Assembly (NCBI GenBank): GCA_951406725.2
Contig: OX597825.1
Span: 18,786,001 to 18,850,000, forward strand
Reading direction: 5' to 3'
Length of the DNA: 64,000 nt
Source: Octopus vulgaris
Taxonomy: Eukaryota
In this document: positions 1 through 13,521 of the stretch, in pieces
Position numbering within the stretch: position 1 is the stretch's first letter
Layout: each line of letters opens with the position of its first letter
Notes under the pieces: generated by a model
What the model saw: the letters and a program-made list of their open reading frames with translations, nothing else
What the model was told of the DNA's origin: nothing
Database searches by the model: none
Program-made: the position numbers and the translations under genes

Positions 1-320
1 GAGTTTTTCGCGTGTGCGTTTTTGTGTTTTTTTTTCTATTTCCTTTTAGTTTTATCGCATAAATCATTACACATGGCGAGAAATTCTGAATTGCGACGTA
101 TTGGATAATTCGCCGAATGTCCACACATGTAGATACATATATGCATAGCACAGACACACACAGACACACACAAACAAGCGCGCGCACACACACACAGAGG
201 ATATTCCACTTCGGGGGAAGGGCGCAAAATACATATATATTAGGAACTGGATATTGCCACAAAGTACCCGGTGAACGAGAGAGACAATAAGCTTTTGTAA
301 TCCCATGTGTAATCGCTTGT

Positions 321-480
321 GTAAGCTATGCCATGTCTATGTGGAAGACGTCACGCATGTGTAAGCTATGCCATGTCTCTGTGGAAGATGTCACGCATGT
401 GTAAGGTATGCCATGTCTCTGTGGAAGACGTCACGCATGTGTAAGCTATGCCATGTTTCTGTGGAAGACGTCACGCATGT
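321..480 (+). repeat. 4 x 40-bp tandem repeat (GTAAGCTATGCCATGTCTCTGTGGAAGACGTCACGCATGT)
   Basis: Units at 321, 361, 401 and 441, each with about 1 mismatch. Confidence 0.95.
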
Positions 481-1112
481 GATTAGCAGCTGTGCGAAAA
501 TGTCGTCACGCTACTACCTCCCTATGTTGCACGATGTTGTTGCTAAAACAATTTACAATGACATACGGAAAAATGACTGTCCTGAAATAAACATAGAAAA
601 CCCACTGCTATATAATACTTTCATGAGTACCAATTCAAGGCAAACTGGTGCATTATTTCCGTCAAAATGTCTGTCAAGTGTAAACATAACAGGCCGGATA
701 TTGTTGTTTAGGACAAAGGGGCAAAAGTATGAACCATCACGGAGAACAGCTGCCCTACAGATATATATATATCTTTGAAAATCAAAGAAAATGAGGATAT
801 CTATGGACAACTGCTTCAAAAACTAAATCACAACTATCAATTCATATACATACCAATAACAATTGGAGCAGTAAGTATTGTTAGTAAATGCTATTGTTAG
901 TAAAGGAGAATCTGGATAAACTGGAATTTTCAGAAAGAGAAATCGACCGACTTATTCGCACATTACAAGTGCAATCTATGAGTGGAACAATAAGATTACG
1001 CAAGACTTTTCTCAAGTTCCAAATGTGAATTTCTCTGTGTTAACTACATCCCAAACCTGGAGCCTTGTATCTTTGTCGGAAACTGGTTTCCGCCTCGGTA
1101 GAAGATTTATAA
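321..1112 (+). mobile_element. 5'-truncated RLE-type (R4/Dong-like) non-LTR retrotransposon 3' fragment, frameshifted
   Basis: CCHC knuckle CKLCHVSVEDVTHVISSC..YYLPMLHDVVA (ORF 368-778). A second frame gives KHNRPDIVV..ENSCP..IYGQL..IPITIGA, matching the RPD..E..CP restriction-like endonuclease. 3' UTR is followed by TACA-rich repeat. Confidence 0.8.
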
Positions 1113-1314
1113 TAATTAAGAAATAGAATAGATATTCATACATACGTACATACATACATATATGCATACATATATGCATGCTTGCATGCGTATATACATG
1201 TATGCATACATAAATAACTACATACATGCATGCATACATAAATAATTACAGGCATACATACATATATACATATAAACACGCAGATATACAAACATACATA
1301 TACATTTACACTAA

Positions 1315-1548
1315 GAACAATTGGAAAGCTTGGTTTTGTAAGTAAATGCCTGGGTAAGCTTGGATTTTCAGAGAAAGAAATCACCCATCCTAGTTGCACG
1401 TTACAAATATAATTTATAAGCGGAATAGGAAAATTATACAAGATTTTTACCGGGTTTAAAATGTGATATTGCCTTTGGTATCTTCATTCCAAAGATGGAC
1501 CTTTGTATCTTTGTGAGAAACGAGCTCCTTCCTCAGTGGAATAATTTA
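1315..1548 (+). mobile_element. Second, diverged 3' end of the same RLE retrotransposon family
   Basis: Colinear similarity to 858-1110 (agtaaatgc..ttttcaga..aaatgtga..ttgtatctttgt..cctc). Confidence 0.7.
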
Positions 1549-2479
1549 AATGGCTTAATGCAGGAGAGACACAAACATATATAACAAAAAGAAAATGGAG
1601 GGGATACAAAAATGACATACATCAGCCGGTAGACATTCTATTATGTCTATTCCAAATAAGAAGGCAGTATTATAATAATACATAGACATGCCAAAACTGT
1701 GTGCTACACATAATATATACCCTTAATACGTAAAAGAGTAAAATATTATAAGATCAGTTCCTGAGAATTTTCAAAGATTACTTGCGCTCAGGTGAGGAAC
1801 GAACTACCTGCAAAGCTAACATGGTAGAATATGTATGGAGAACGTATTGACATTGATTATGAATATCACTAATAAGGTTGAGAAAATATTTCACAATGCC
1901 TGATTGAGCTAATTAAAAAGACGATATATTAAATATGTAATAGAAAATGAATTAATAACATTCGATTACCTGATATTAGCTTTACTAATCAAATAAGAAA
2001 TGTTTTTCGTTGTGTTTAACATATGAAATTATGAAGCTGTTTTTATATGTAAAATAATACCAGGTAACTGAAATGTTAGGAATGCAAAAACAAAGCAATT
2101 TATAGAGGTGATTTTAAAGTCATCTAGTTGAAACAACGTGGGAATATAGTTTACTGAAGAGACATAAAATATGCCGAAACTTCGTCGTATATGTCATTAG
2201 TTCGTATTAGGTAGAAGATATTTTCTAAGCAGTATCCCCCTCATTTTTTCCACAAATTGCTGGAGTTATCACCCGCTGTCTTCTTTTGTTATGCATCAAC
2301 CCGTAAAAGTATATTTTCTACGTTTGACTCTCAACTCGGTTTATATACATACGTACATACATATATACATACACACGCACACATATATGAATGTATGCGT
2401 TATTATACATGTAGATATATTCCCACATAAACACACACACACAAATATATATATATGTACAATATGAATTCATAGATGT

Positions 2480-2522
<43 letters not shown>

Positions 2523-3243
2523 TGTGTGTATAATATATACATTTATCCCCACGTGTTTATGTGTGTCTATGAGCATGCGTATTTGCATATATGTATCTTG
2601 TGTGCGCTTGTGGACGTGAATGCACGCACATGTACATATATGAGTGAGTGAAACAACGCATTTGTTCAAAAATATTTAGTTGAGTTTCAACATTATACAT
2701 GAAATAAATTAAAGATCTGAAATCATGGTAGACTTAATTCTAATTATCTAATTACAATTATAAAGAGTGTTTATTGATTAAAAATAATCATTAGTGAAAT
2801 TAAACAATTATTGTCAAGGAAATTTGGTTAATTGTTATAAATGTTTCACTCTACATATTGCCACTGCTTTTATATATATTTTCTTATTTTTCTTCCTGTT
2901 TCTCAAATCAAATAGATCGTCTTAAATTATAAATTTTAGGTGAGTATTACTCCACAATATTCCCCTACCATCTTTGCTTTTCTTTATTCTTATTCTCCCA
3001 GCCTCTCATTCTCTTTCTCCCTCTCTCGCTCCTTCCCGCTTTCTCTCTTTCTTTTTTCTCTCTGTCCCTCCCTCTCTCTTTTTCTTTCTCTCACCCCTCT
3101 CTCTCTCTCTGACTTTCTTCAGTTCATGTATTCTCGCAGCATCTCACACTGCCGCTTAACGCTTTTTTTATATATTTATATATATCTTTTCGCTTCTCGT
3201 TATAACATTCCCGAATCTTGAAGAAAAATAATTCACAAAAAAA

Positions 3244-3323
<80 letters not shown>

Positions 3324-3324
<1 letters not shown>

Positions 3325-3757
3325 TGCAAATTTGCTTGTCAGTTGTTTGACCATAACCAGTTGAGTATGTCCCTTAGTGGCTGACGATACGTGCATCTCT
3401 GATCACGTGCAGAAGTAGTGGGGGAGCATCATGGCCGTATGTTGAAAGGAATTCTTGGAGGTTTGGATAATTCACTTTTGGAAACATGGGTGGTTTGTTC
3501 AACATCCTTAAACAATCCTTATTCAGGGACTTTTTGAGCGGGATGGGTTATTCGACCAGAAGAAAATTCTAACTGGGCCCCACCCGCAAGGTCATGTGCT
3601 GGTTATCCTGATATGAGATCTCCATGTTGCGCACATATGGTAGTGATGCATGTGCCTGGTGTACCCTTAGCAGACCGGTAGTCATGATGGGTATACTAGG
3701 CTTCGTATATTTTACCGCAGTGTCACTTTAATGGCATGCATTGCTCTCTCACTCAAT
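3324..3757 (+). mobile_element. Non-coding retroposed repeat (SINE-like, 5' truncated) in a (TAA)n context
   Basis: GC-richer block that begins right after (TAA)n 3246-3323 and ends in ctctctcactc-(AAT)n. No ORF. Confidence 0.5.
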
Positions 3758-4060
3758 AATAATAACAACAACATGGTAGTTACTTATTTAGTCAAACGAT
3801 CATTTTTTTGAAAAGAGAGTTGAATAGGCGAATGTATCGATTCTAAGATATTCTAAATATGAGACCACCGGAGAATGCAAATGAAAATCCAAGTTTTGTA
3901 CATTGATAAATTATTATAAAGGCACACTCTTTACTATACCTTATTTACAGAACGTATTCGGTATTTCATCCACTGGCAAATCATTGTGCGATGAAGCGTT
4001 CACAATACTTGGATGAATGGCACTACTAAATACCATTGTATTTCAAATATTCCATGATCA

Positions 4061-4147
4061 ATCTTTTTTCAAAGGCATCGGTGTCTTTTAATATATACAT
4101 ACTTACATACATACATACAAACATATTTATATATATATATATATGTT

Positions 4148-4204
<57 letters not shown>

Positions 4205-4810
4205 TAAAAGACGCCAGTGCCTTTGAAAAAAAATATATAAATATATTTCATTTTGGATTTGGTTTGCAAGATTCTTAGCGTGAGTTCGTGTGTTGAAGAA
4301 TATTTTGTTGTGTCCGGGGATAGTAACTCTAGTTTACTGCCTTATTATTATGAAACAGGCACAACAACGATCCCGGAATGGTAAAAATCAATACAGATAC
4401 CTAAACAATATCGACGTGTTTGTGATGTCGGAATTTATACTAACAGAAGTCTTCGGCGCCAAGACACCGAAAAACAATACCTCCACAAAAACCAACAACA
4501 ACGAAAACAAAGTTACTTTAGAATATACGGTGCAGTAAATCTAGATACGGGTGAAATGAATGGTTGGGAGTTACCACCAAAATTCACTACATATAAAAAG
4601 TTCAGAAGAAATTGATTGTCTGAGATTGAAAAAAGCGTTCTTAATATTAAAATGTAGGTTAGAGCAATACAACAACAATAACAACAAAACAAACATGCGG
4701 AACCAAAACAATTATAATAGTAACAATAACGGTGATAATAGCAACAGCAATGACAACAACCGTTTGTGAAATAATAAGGCACTAAAAGAGAACGACTTTC
4801 CCCAGACACA
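4061..4810. mobile_element. Fold-back repeat, family H1 (tgtgtctggggagagtcatt family), rearranged
   Basis: Inverted arms 4309-4349 / 4770-4810 and 4061-4094 / 4201-4234. 4244-4330 is the reverse complement of about 21490-21580. Confidence 0.7.
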
Positions 4811-5296
4811 GAAATATACATATATATGTATATATATATATATATATATACGGACATACATAATTAATAATATCAAAGGGTAATGTTGAAATATTAGAAA
4901 TGTCCATTCCCAGGGGCCTAGCGTGTAATACTTCGCCTAGCAAATTATTTTATTTGCTAAAAAAAAGTCTGAAACCATTTTTCCAGGAGTTAGATGGTTC
5001 AGTGAGTCCTATGAAGGATGCTTCTTATGTTTTTAAGTGTGGACTGTATTTATATATATATACACACATATATAGGATAGAGGATTTGAATATGCAGAGG
5101 TCTTATATAGAAGTTCATTGATTTGACGGGTTTCACATTAAAAAAAAATTCAAAAGTACAATCTAAGGCTGCACAAATCCTTACATTTTGCTTTTCAAAA
5201 TCATATTTTTTAAATAGTGAAACTAGTCAAGTCAATAAACATCTTTAAAAAATATCTGCATTTTCAAATCCCCTTCCTATAAATTTCACTCATCCG

Positions 5297-5340
<44 letters not shown>

Positions 5341-5342
<2 letters not shown>

Positions 5343-5552
5343 CGGGAAGCTTTATGAAAATAAACAAAAGGCGAAGGCAGGTGGAGTACAAACAAACAAT
5401 TGTGTTAGTATGGCGCTCAGGAATATAAATAAAACAAGTCTTTTACGTTTCGAGCCTACGTTCTTCAACAGAAAGATACACAGAAAAGAAACACGGAGAG
5501 AAACAAGGAGAGGAAAAAATGCGTGCAGAAGCTACCGATTCAACATGGTGAT
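5341..5552 (-). mobile_element. Short non-autonomous repeat in (TA)n with hammerhead-like motif (family H2)
   Basis: Flanked by (TA)n. Homologous to 15448-15635. Minus strand reads TCTTT-CTGTTGA-A-GAAC GTAG GCTC-GAAAC-GTA-AAAGA (5439-5476). Confidence 0.7.
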
Positions 5553-5566
5553 TCATATATATATAC

Positions 5567-5679
<113 letters not shown>

Positions 5680-7380
5680 GTGCGTGTGTGTGTGTGTACT
5701 ACGGGCTGCTCGTAGCTTACTAATTTCCTAAACCCTGATGCGTGGATCCTACAATTACATATCGTTATATGTACCTCCCATAATTTACAATTCCGGAAAA
5801 GCTAGAATTATGCCAAATTCTGGAGTCGATTCGTACGACTAAAGATAGTTCAATCTGTTTCCCCACCCTGTCCTTAGTGTATGACTGACACAAGTAAAAG
5901 ATTAGGTGTGTTCCATATAATTTGATTTAGCAATCTGTATAAATGCTCTCTTTTCTGACTTCGTCTTCTACTCTAATGACCATTTCTTGGTGTTAGCTGA
6001 GCTCATGTCACCTTCATTCAGATATTCTTCTCTCACGCTCATCTTTGACATATAACATTAAGATAACCATTAATGTCATGACTTTCACAAGTCTAGGAGT
6101 ATTTTAGAATGGTAAGTATACTGTGTTTCTTCCAAAATAAAAAAAGGAAGTGTATAATTTTTTTCACCTGATGGATATAAGACTTTTACAATACAGCATA
6201 CATCAGATCGACATGCTACAGAAACGAAGACAAATCGTATACTTAAGTCTAAAAATCAAAAAAATTATAGATTTTGCACATATTATTTGCGTGTGGTAGC
6301 AATTCCTCATTTCTTGACATTCAACTGACTGTAGTTTCAAACTATAACATTGATTACAATTCGGTGTAATTCGGTGTAATTCGGAACAGTTGTCTAGCCA
6401 GCATGTAAAATGAGTTGAGCTTTCATCCTCTATTACATTACACAGATCTTTAAAGCAATGAAAAGTATGTCACTGGTGTTGCCCATCCTACAATTAGCAA
6501 TCTGTAAAATTATGGTTCTTGTTTGCTTTTCATTCATTTTCATTAAGTTGATCAAAGCATGCTTTTGAGGAAATGTAATATCATTTGAACACGAATCTAA
6601 CGTAGCCAAAATAAAAAATCTTTGAACTTGATACAAACAACACTATGATTGTATAGTTGATATTTAATTTTACTTAATGATATTCTTTGACAGCCACGTG
6701 CAATAATCGTTTAAATGTTGAAAAATACATTTAACATCTCAGCATAGATCCAAATACTTAAACCAGCTGCTTAGAATATAACATGATATATTTATGTAAC
6801 GCTTCCTCGTTTTATTTCGATAAATTTATTTGCAAACTTCAGCATAATTTCTTGTTGTCGGTGTTCTCTGAAACGAGATTTATTGTTGAACAGCCAAAAT
6901 AACTTAAGATCTCATCACTCGTATCAAAAGACTAAAAATCACAATATATCTTTGGAAACATTAACAGCTTTTCCGCAACCATTTACGAAGCTGACATCGT
7001 TAGTAAATCATTCTTCCTCTGCATTCTCGTACAAAACTCAAGCGAAATTTATGTGCGTGCATGTGTGTTTGTGTGCATGATGTGCATGTGTATGTTTATG
7101 TTTGTGTGTGTATATATGTGTGTGTGCCTGTGTCAGTGTGTATGTATGGATTCATACACAAATATATGGAAATATGCATGCGTGTACAAATATACATACA
7201 GCTTGAAAGTTAACATCTCTGAAACCGGAAAACCTTGTCAAATCGTAGACAATTTTCTGAGGCTAAAAGCAGAAGAGTGTGTTATGTGATTAAACGTGTA
7301 CCAGCTCAAGAATACCATCTGCTTTGTTTTGCTCAGACATATTCAGACTATCACGTGACATAGATTTTGCAAGCATACTC

Positions 7381-7789
7381 TCTCTCTTTACTCTTTTACT
7401 TGTTTCAGTCATTTGACTGCGGCCATGCTGGACCACCGCCTTTAGTCGAGCAACTCGACCCCGGGAATTATTCTTTGTAAGCCCAGTACTTATCCTATCG
7501 GTCTATTTTTGCCGAACCGCTAAGTGACGGTGACGTAAACACACCAGCATCTGTTTTCAAGCAACGTTAGGGGGACAAACACAGACAAACACACACATAC
7601 ATACATATATATATATACATATATGCGAAAGGCTTCTTTCAGTTTCCGTCTACCAAATCCACTCACAAGGCATTGATCGGCCCGGGGCTATAGCAGAAGA
7701 CACTTACCCAAGATGCCACGCAGTGGAACTGAACCCGGAACTATGTGGTTGGTTAGCAAGCTACTTACCACACAGCCACTCCTGCGCCT
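7381..7789 (-). mobile_element. tRNA-derived SINE family A, full length
   Basis: A/B-box-like head (aggcgcaggagtggctgtgtggt..ggttcagttcc), CORE-like ttgggtaagtgtctt, internal CA/TA repeat, tail aagtaaaagag. Multi-copy in the window. Confidence 0.9.
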
Positions 7790-9074
7790 ATTTATACACA
7801 CATATTTTGTTGAAGTTTACATGGTCGCAACATCCAAGAACATCAGTAATATATTTAACAACGAAGAAGAGAAAGAGGTAGCAAGAAATAATGTCTGTTT
7901 TGCGTTTTAATTGTTTAATATTCAAGAAGGTATCGTCAACACCTATGGACCTTGATGTTTTGTTCTTCAGGATTTTCTGTTTTGAAGGAGAAAAGGAGAA
8001 AATTATTCTCGTTTGGGAAACCTGATCTGAATATTTTCAAATGTGTGAATTCCAAAGGTAAACAAGGTACTGGTGATAATGTTAAGTTGGTTGGTGGATT
8101 AAGTTGCTCGATTTGCTACGTAGAGCAGCTAAATCTTCCTACAATTACATCCCGTGGGTAATACTTTATATAAAAGGAAAATGATATAGATGGTCAAATT
8201 TAAAACGCCATTGAACGTCTGCTCAAATATGTTTTGCATGGAAAATAACTAACAACAATAACAACAAATACAAACATTTCCAGTAACTGTTTTAGCTGAA
8301 AAAAGTGTGATATTAAACGATATGACTGTAACTACCATGTTTAAAAATGGAGCCAAATATAATGGGGGGAAACATAGAATATTTAATTGATAGCTATGTT
8401 CAAACTTTTACATGTTCTGACAGAATGCAATTTTATCATACAACACAACATAACACAAAAACGAATTTGTTCTGTTGCAAAATGAAACACTGTAAAAAAA
8501 TATATATAATTCGAACCGCTTCAAAATTAAAATGTTTTCATTATATGATCCAATAATTTTTAAAGTGTTCATCATATATAACCCATTACTGAATGAATGC
8601 CTAACCGAATCGATAATGTATTAAATCATACTATGAAATATTCGCGCCTAATACGTCGTCTTCGCTGTTTTGTTGTATGGCTAAATATTTAATTCTCACT
8701 GTTTCAGTTAACAAACCTGCAAACAGGAAGCGTGGGTATCAGCTGAAGTAATAAAGAAATGATTTCGAATTTTACATTCAACGTCCGTGTTATTTTTCGT
8801 TGTTCACTCAATATTGTATTACCACCCTAGTTTCAGGTGAAATGTCTTTTTGTGTTTTCTGAATATGTTACAAGGAAATCTTTGCAATTCACTTACATAG
8901 AGTATCAAAGAAAAATGGGGGTTTTTTTAACACTGGATATTAAACGTTGGCCCATATTTCCATTGTAATTTCTTACAATGAAATTTCTGCGATTATTTGT
9001 CCTCAAGTATATAAATCTAGAACGGAGATATTCTAAGATCATGCATTCATAAATGTCTGTGTTTCACATACATT

Positions 9075-9316
9075 ATGGCTGCCCCCTCGTTATCGAGTGT
9101 GGCCATTGCACGAAGCTTAACTGTTACTGGTGCTGTGATCGAATGTGACTTTTTAGCCCAGCTAAAGATCTACAATGTCTTGTACAAAATTGGCAACTAA
9201 AACCTTAACTGGTAATAGTTTAAGTCCTCCTGTCGAATTACACTCTCTTCCACATGCACGATAGATATGATTAGTATGGTGTGTTACACCACCACCAGTG
9301 GCCAGGTTGTCACTCA
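9075..9316 (-). mobile_element. RTE-clade LINE 3' remnant
   Basis: Minus-strand peptide HIYRACGRECNSTGGLK resembles the C-terminal CxxCGRxCxSxxGL motif of RTE ORF2. Confidence 0.45.
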
Positions 9317-9387
9317 TCACATACATACATACATACATACATACATACAAACATACATACATGTACATAAAAGTGAATCTATATATA

Positions 9388-9573
9388 CGAAAGGATGAAA
9401 GGCAAAGTCGACCTCTGAGTTCAAATTCCGCGAGGTCGACTTTGCTTTTCATCCTTTCGGGGTCGATAAATAAAGTACCAATTTCGCACTGGGGTCAATG
9501 TAATCGATTTAATCCCTTTGTCTGTCCTTGTTTGTCCCCTCTATGTTTAGCCCCTTGTGGGCAGTAAAGAAAT
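9388..9573 (+). mobile_element. SINE family B, 5'-truncated with inverted 5' segment
   Basis: Matches the 3' half of 32002-32231. 9388-9415 is the inverted copy of 9432-9459. Confidence 0.85.
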
Positions 9574-9586
9574 ATATATATATATA

Positions 9587-10092
9587 CGAGGTCTGATCAA
9601 AAAGTATCAGGACTGTTGCTATGTAGTTAGAGGGGTAGAATCTAAAGTAGTTAGAGGGGCACAAACTGATATTGACCTCTACCGTGGTTCATAGTAGTGC
9701 TTGGAAATAAATTGTTAGAGTGTAGTCATCTCAAAAAGAAGATGGCGTATTGCCTGCGAATGATTTCCTTGTCTGTGTTGGGGAAGACGAAAGCTTACTA
9801 ATCAGTCATAACAAGTGACGGAATGTTAATCTATGGTGTTGACACACAAATAAAAGATGGGACACCTAAATGGAAGACGACAAGATGATTTCAAGACTCG
9901 AGGAAATCCAAGATAATGCGGCGAGGCTATCCTACAGTGGAGTTCCAGGAATGCTTCCATCAATGGAAGCGATGCTGGATGAAGTGCGTAGCTTCAGAAA
10001 CAGGACTACTTGGGATGGGATAAAATGCTGAATTAATGTGTTGTGGTTTTCTTCATACATCACCGATCCTGATACATTTTGATCAGTACCCG
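9587..10092 (+). mobile_element. Internally deleted, degenerate mariner
   Basis: Imperfect TIRs cgaggtctgatcaaaaagtatcagga / tcctgatacattttgatcagtacccg with TA flanks. Residual ITSDG (ITGDE-like) and FQECFHQWKRCWMKCV. Confidence 0.75.
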
Positions 10093-10178
10093 TATACACA
10101 TATCCATATGTTATGTACATATGTCATTCTCTCCTCCCACCTCTCTCTCTGAATATATATATATATATAGAGAGAGAG

Positions 10179-10247
<69 letters not shown>

Positions 10248-10381
10248 TGTATATGTATATACATACATATGTGCGTAAGTGTATGTTGGTCTATGTATAG
10301 ATGTACATATATTGAAAAAATTAAAGGTAAAGCAACTTCGTAATAATCCTTATAATTATTGCTGATATGCATGTATGTATG

Positions 10382-10415
<34 letters not shown>

Positions 10416-10502
10416 TGTATGTATGTATGTATGTATGTATGTATGTATGTATGTATGTATGTATGTATGTATTTATGTATGTATGTATGTATGTATGTAT
10501 GT

Positions 10503-10570
<68 letters not shown>

Positions 10571-11006
10571 TTCTATATTTGTGTTTGTATATGTATATAT
10601 ATGTATGTTAGCGTTCAAATAGAATAAAAACAAGACGCTATCTGCTCTCTCACGGTGAAGAAATATTTAGAGTAGGTAATTTCTGAACAAAAAGCACGAA
10701 TTAGTAGACAGCATAATCATTAACCTAGATTAGAAGAGCCTACTAACATTAATTATAATTCGTGTAAAAAATTGGACAAGTTACATTCCACAAGTGATCG
10801 AAAGTAGATGACAATGAAATTAATCATACATATAAACTTTTATCATCAAGATTAAAGCAAATAAGATTTTCAAATCTGGGTCACATACATACTTACATAT
10901 GAATATAAATATACATACACACACACATATGTATGTGTATGTATATCTGTATGTATATCTATATCAATGGATATATATGTATATCAATGGATATATCTCT
11001 ATATCA

Positions 11007-11046
<40 letters not shown>

Positions 11047-11712
11047 CCACTCAACACCTAATGTCAATGGGCTGCCCGGAGTCCACAGAAGCGAGAGATT
11101 CTCATCATTGCGATAGTTATACAAATATACGCATATGACTGTATGTGTGTATATGTGTGTGTATATGTACGTAAATATATGTCGTGCGTTCAGTTCGGTC
11201 CCCTGTTGCAAATGAATTCAAAAATGTTTTTGTTTTTTTTTGGCGATTATTGTTTTACTATTGTATTTTCATTTTTGTAACCATTATCAAATACATAGTT
11301 ATAGAAGTTCTGATGGAAATGGCAAGCTATAATAATAATAATAATAAAGCAGATGAAGTCAAATAGAGAAAAAAAAAAGAAATAGAACGAATCCAATTAA
11401 TATAAAATTAAAAGGTCATCAGAAATAAGGTGCCAGATCGAAAAGAATGAAAGGAAATGGTTTCAGCAAGATACTTTGAAAAATAATGTTATAAAAAAAT
11501 ATATCCTTGCAACGAAATGAGACGTTCTGTTTACTGATTTAAATTCGGATACGAAAACCCCTACACGCACACGGGCACAGAAACGCAAGTACAGATGCGT
11601 TCACATCCATAGATACACACACAAACATAGACATAGTCACACACACACACACGCAACGTACACATACACACACTCGTTCTCTCAAGCATACACATGCACT
11701 TACACAAACATA

Positions 11713-11747
<35 letters not shown>

Positions 11748-11779
11748 GTATATATATATATGTATATATATATATAAAC

Positions 11780-11830
<51 letters not shown>

Positions 11831-11947
11831 CATATATATATAAATATATTTATATATATATACATATATGTACATATATATATATATAAATACATTTATA
11901 TATATATATATATACATATATGTACATATATATACATATATATATAC

Positions 11948-11984
<37 letters not shown>

Positions 11985-13033
11985 TGAACGCAAATATATG
12001 TCTGTCTGTGTTTGTGTAAGAATGAACGTTTTTGTACCCCGCTGTGAGTTTTGAGTATATAGTGAGCAGCACAAAGAGATATCATGAAAGTAGAAGCAAA
12101 TTACATTTGTTCATTAGAAATATTTTATGAATAATTCCAATGCATCTCTGAGAATTTTTTGTAAGGTTATGAATGCACACACACACACAAACAACTGCTT
12201 ACAATTGTGTACCGTGTTCTATGAGAAGTCATCTCTACTTTGTTCCAATGCCACAAAACTCAATATCTTCAACGTATTGACCTATTTGTAGCCTAAATGT
12301 AAAACGTGACAGCACAGCAAGTCTCTGATTCAGTGTACTTTAATTCTTGGCGAATTAAAAATACCATAAAAATCTTAAAATGTAATTGTTACTTTTTGCT
12401 GAGGTTACGGCGCTAAAAAAGCATTGTAGAATAATTTGCTAAAATCCTGTTTCTAAAATTACCGACTTCATTGAAATCACCTTGCAAAAGTATAACCTAC
12501 GCTAGGACGCATTGAGAGACGATTCTAGTCCCTAGTTTAATATTGGACTAACTGAACATATTCTTAAACCTTCTTTCATCACTGACTCCGAAAGAAAACT
12601 TAACACTGCTTTCTCGAATTATCCTTGTCACCTGAGGGATAAATTGCGTATAGTTTGTTTATTCTGGGATCTAGCATCTTAACACAATGGAAGATTAAAC
12701 CTGAATATCTACTATTGTTGCTTTCCTAAAATAATGTTTCATTTTCTTTTTTGTGTTTTCTTGTCTATGATTCTTTTCCTGTGAATCAATCACCTCTGAC
12801 TTTATCCTTTAATAAAAAGCTTTCCTTCCAGGTTAATATAAGCTGTAATAGAAAACAGGAAGATGACTTTGCTTTGGTGTATGTTGTTAAAAAAACATAT
12901 GTGAGATTTGTTTAAGTTTTTAAACATTTAGTGAGAAAGAGTTCCCCGTAGCCAAGTATGTATCTACAACTATCTATCTATCTATCTACCTACCTACCTA
13001 CCTACCTACCTACCTACCTACCTACCTACCTAC

Positions 13034-13080
<47 letters not shown>

Positions 13081-13101
13081 CCTACCTACCTACATACCTA
13101 C

Positions 13102-13149
<48 letters not shown>

Positions 13150-13377
13150 TTATCTATCCATCTATCTATCTATCTCTTTATTTCTATATGTTTCCATTTA
13201 TCTGTATGTACATTTTTGTACACACAAATACACATACACACATACAGACATATATATATATAGTGAAGACGCATGGGCTTGTGGATCGGCTGAGGCAGTC
13301 ACAATCGCTAGATTGTGGGTTCGATATTCAGACCAGTCGGCACGTTATATTATTGAGTAAAACACTTTCAACTTGTA

Positions 13378-13451
<74 letters not shown>

Positions 13452-13481
13452 CATTCCTCTCTAGTTTCAGATGCACCGCCG

Positions 13482-13516
<35 letters not shown>

Positions 13517-13521
<5 letters not shown>

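Noticed and set aside
321-480. 40-bp repeats (and the 51-bp repeats at 58465) as CRISPR-like arrays
   Set aside because: Head-to-tail with no spacers; eukaryotic context; no cas genes.
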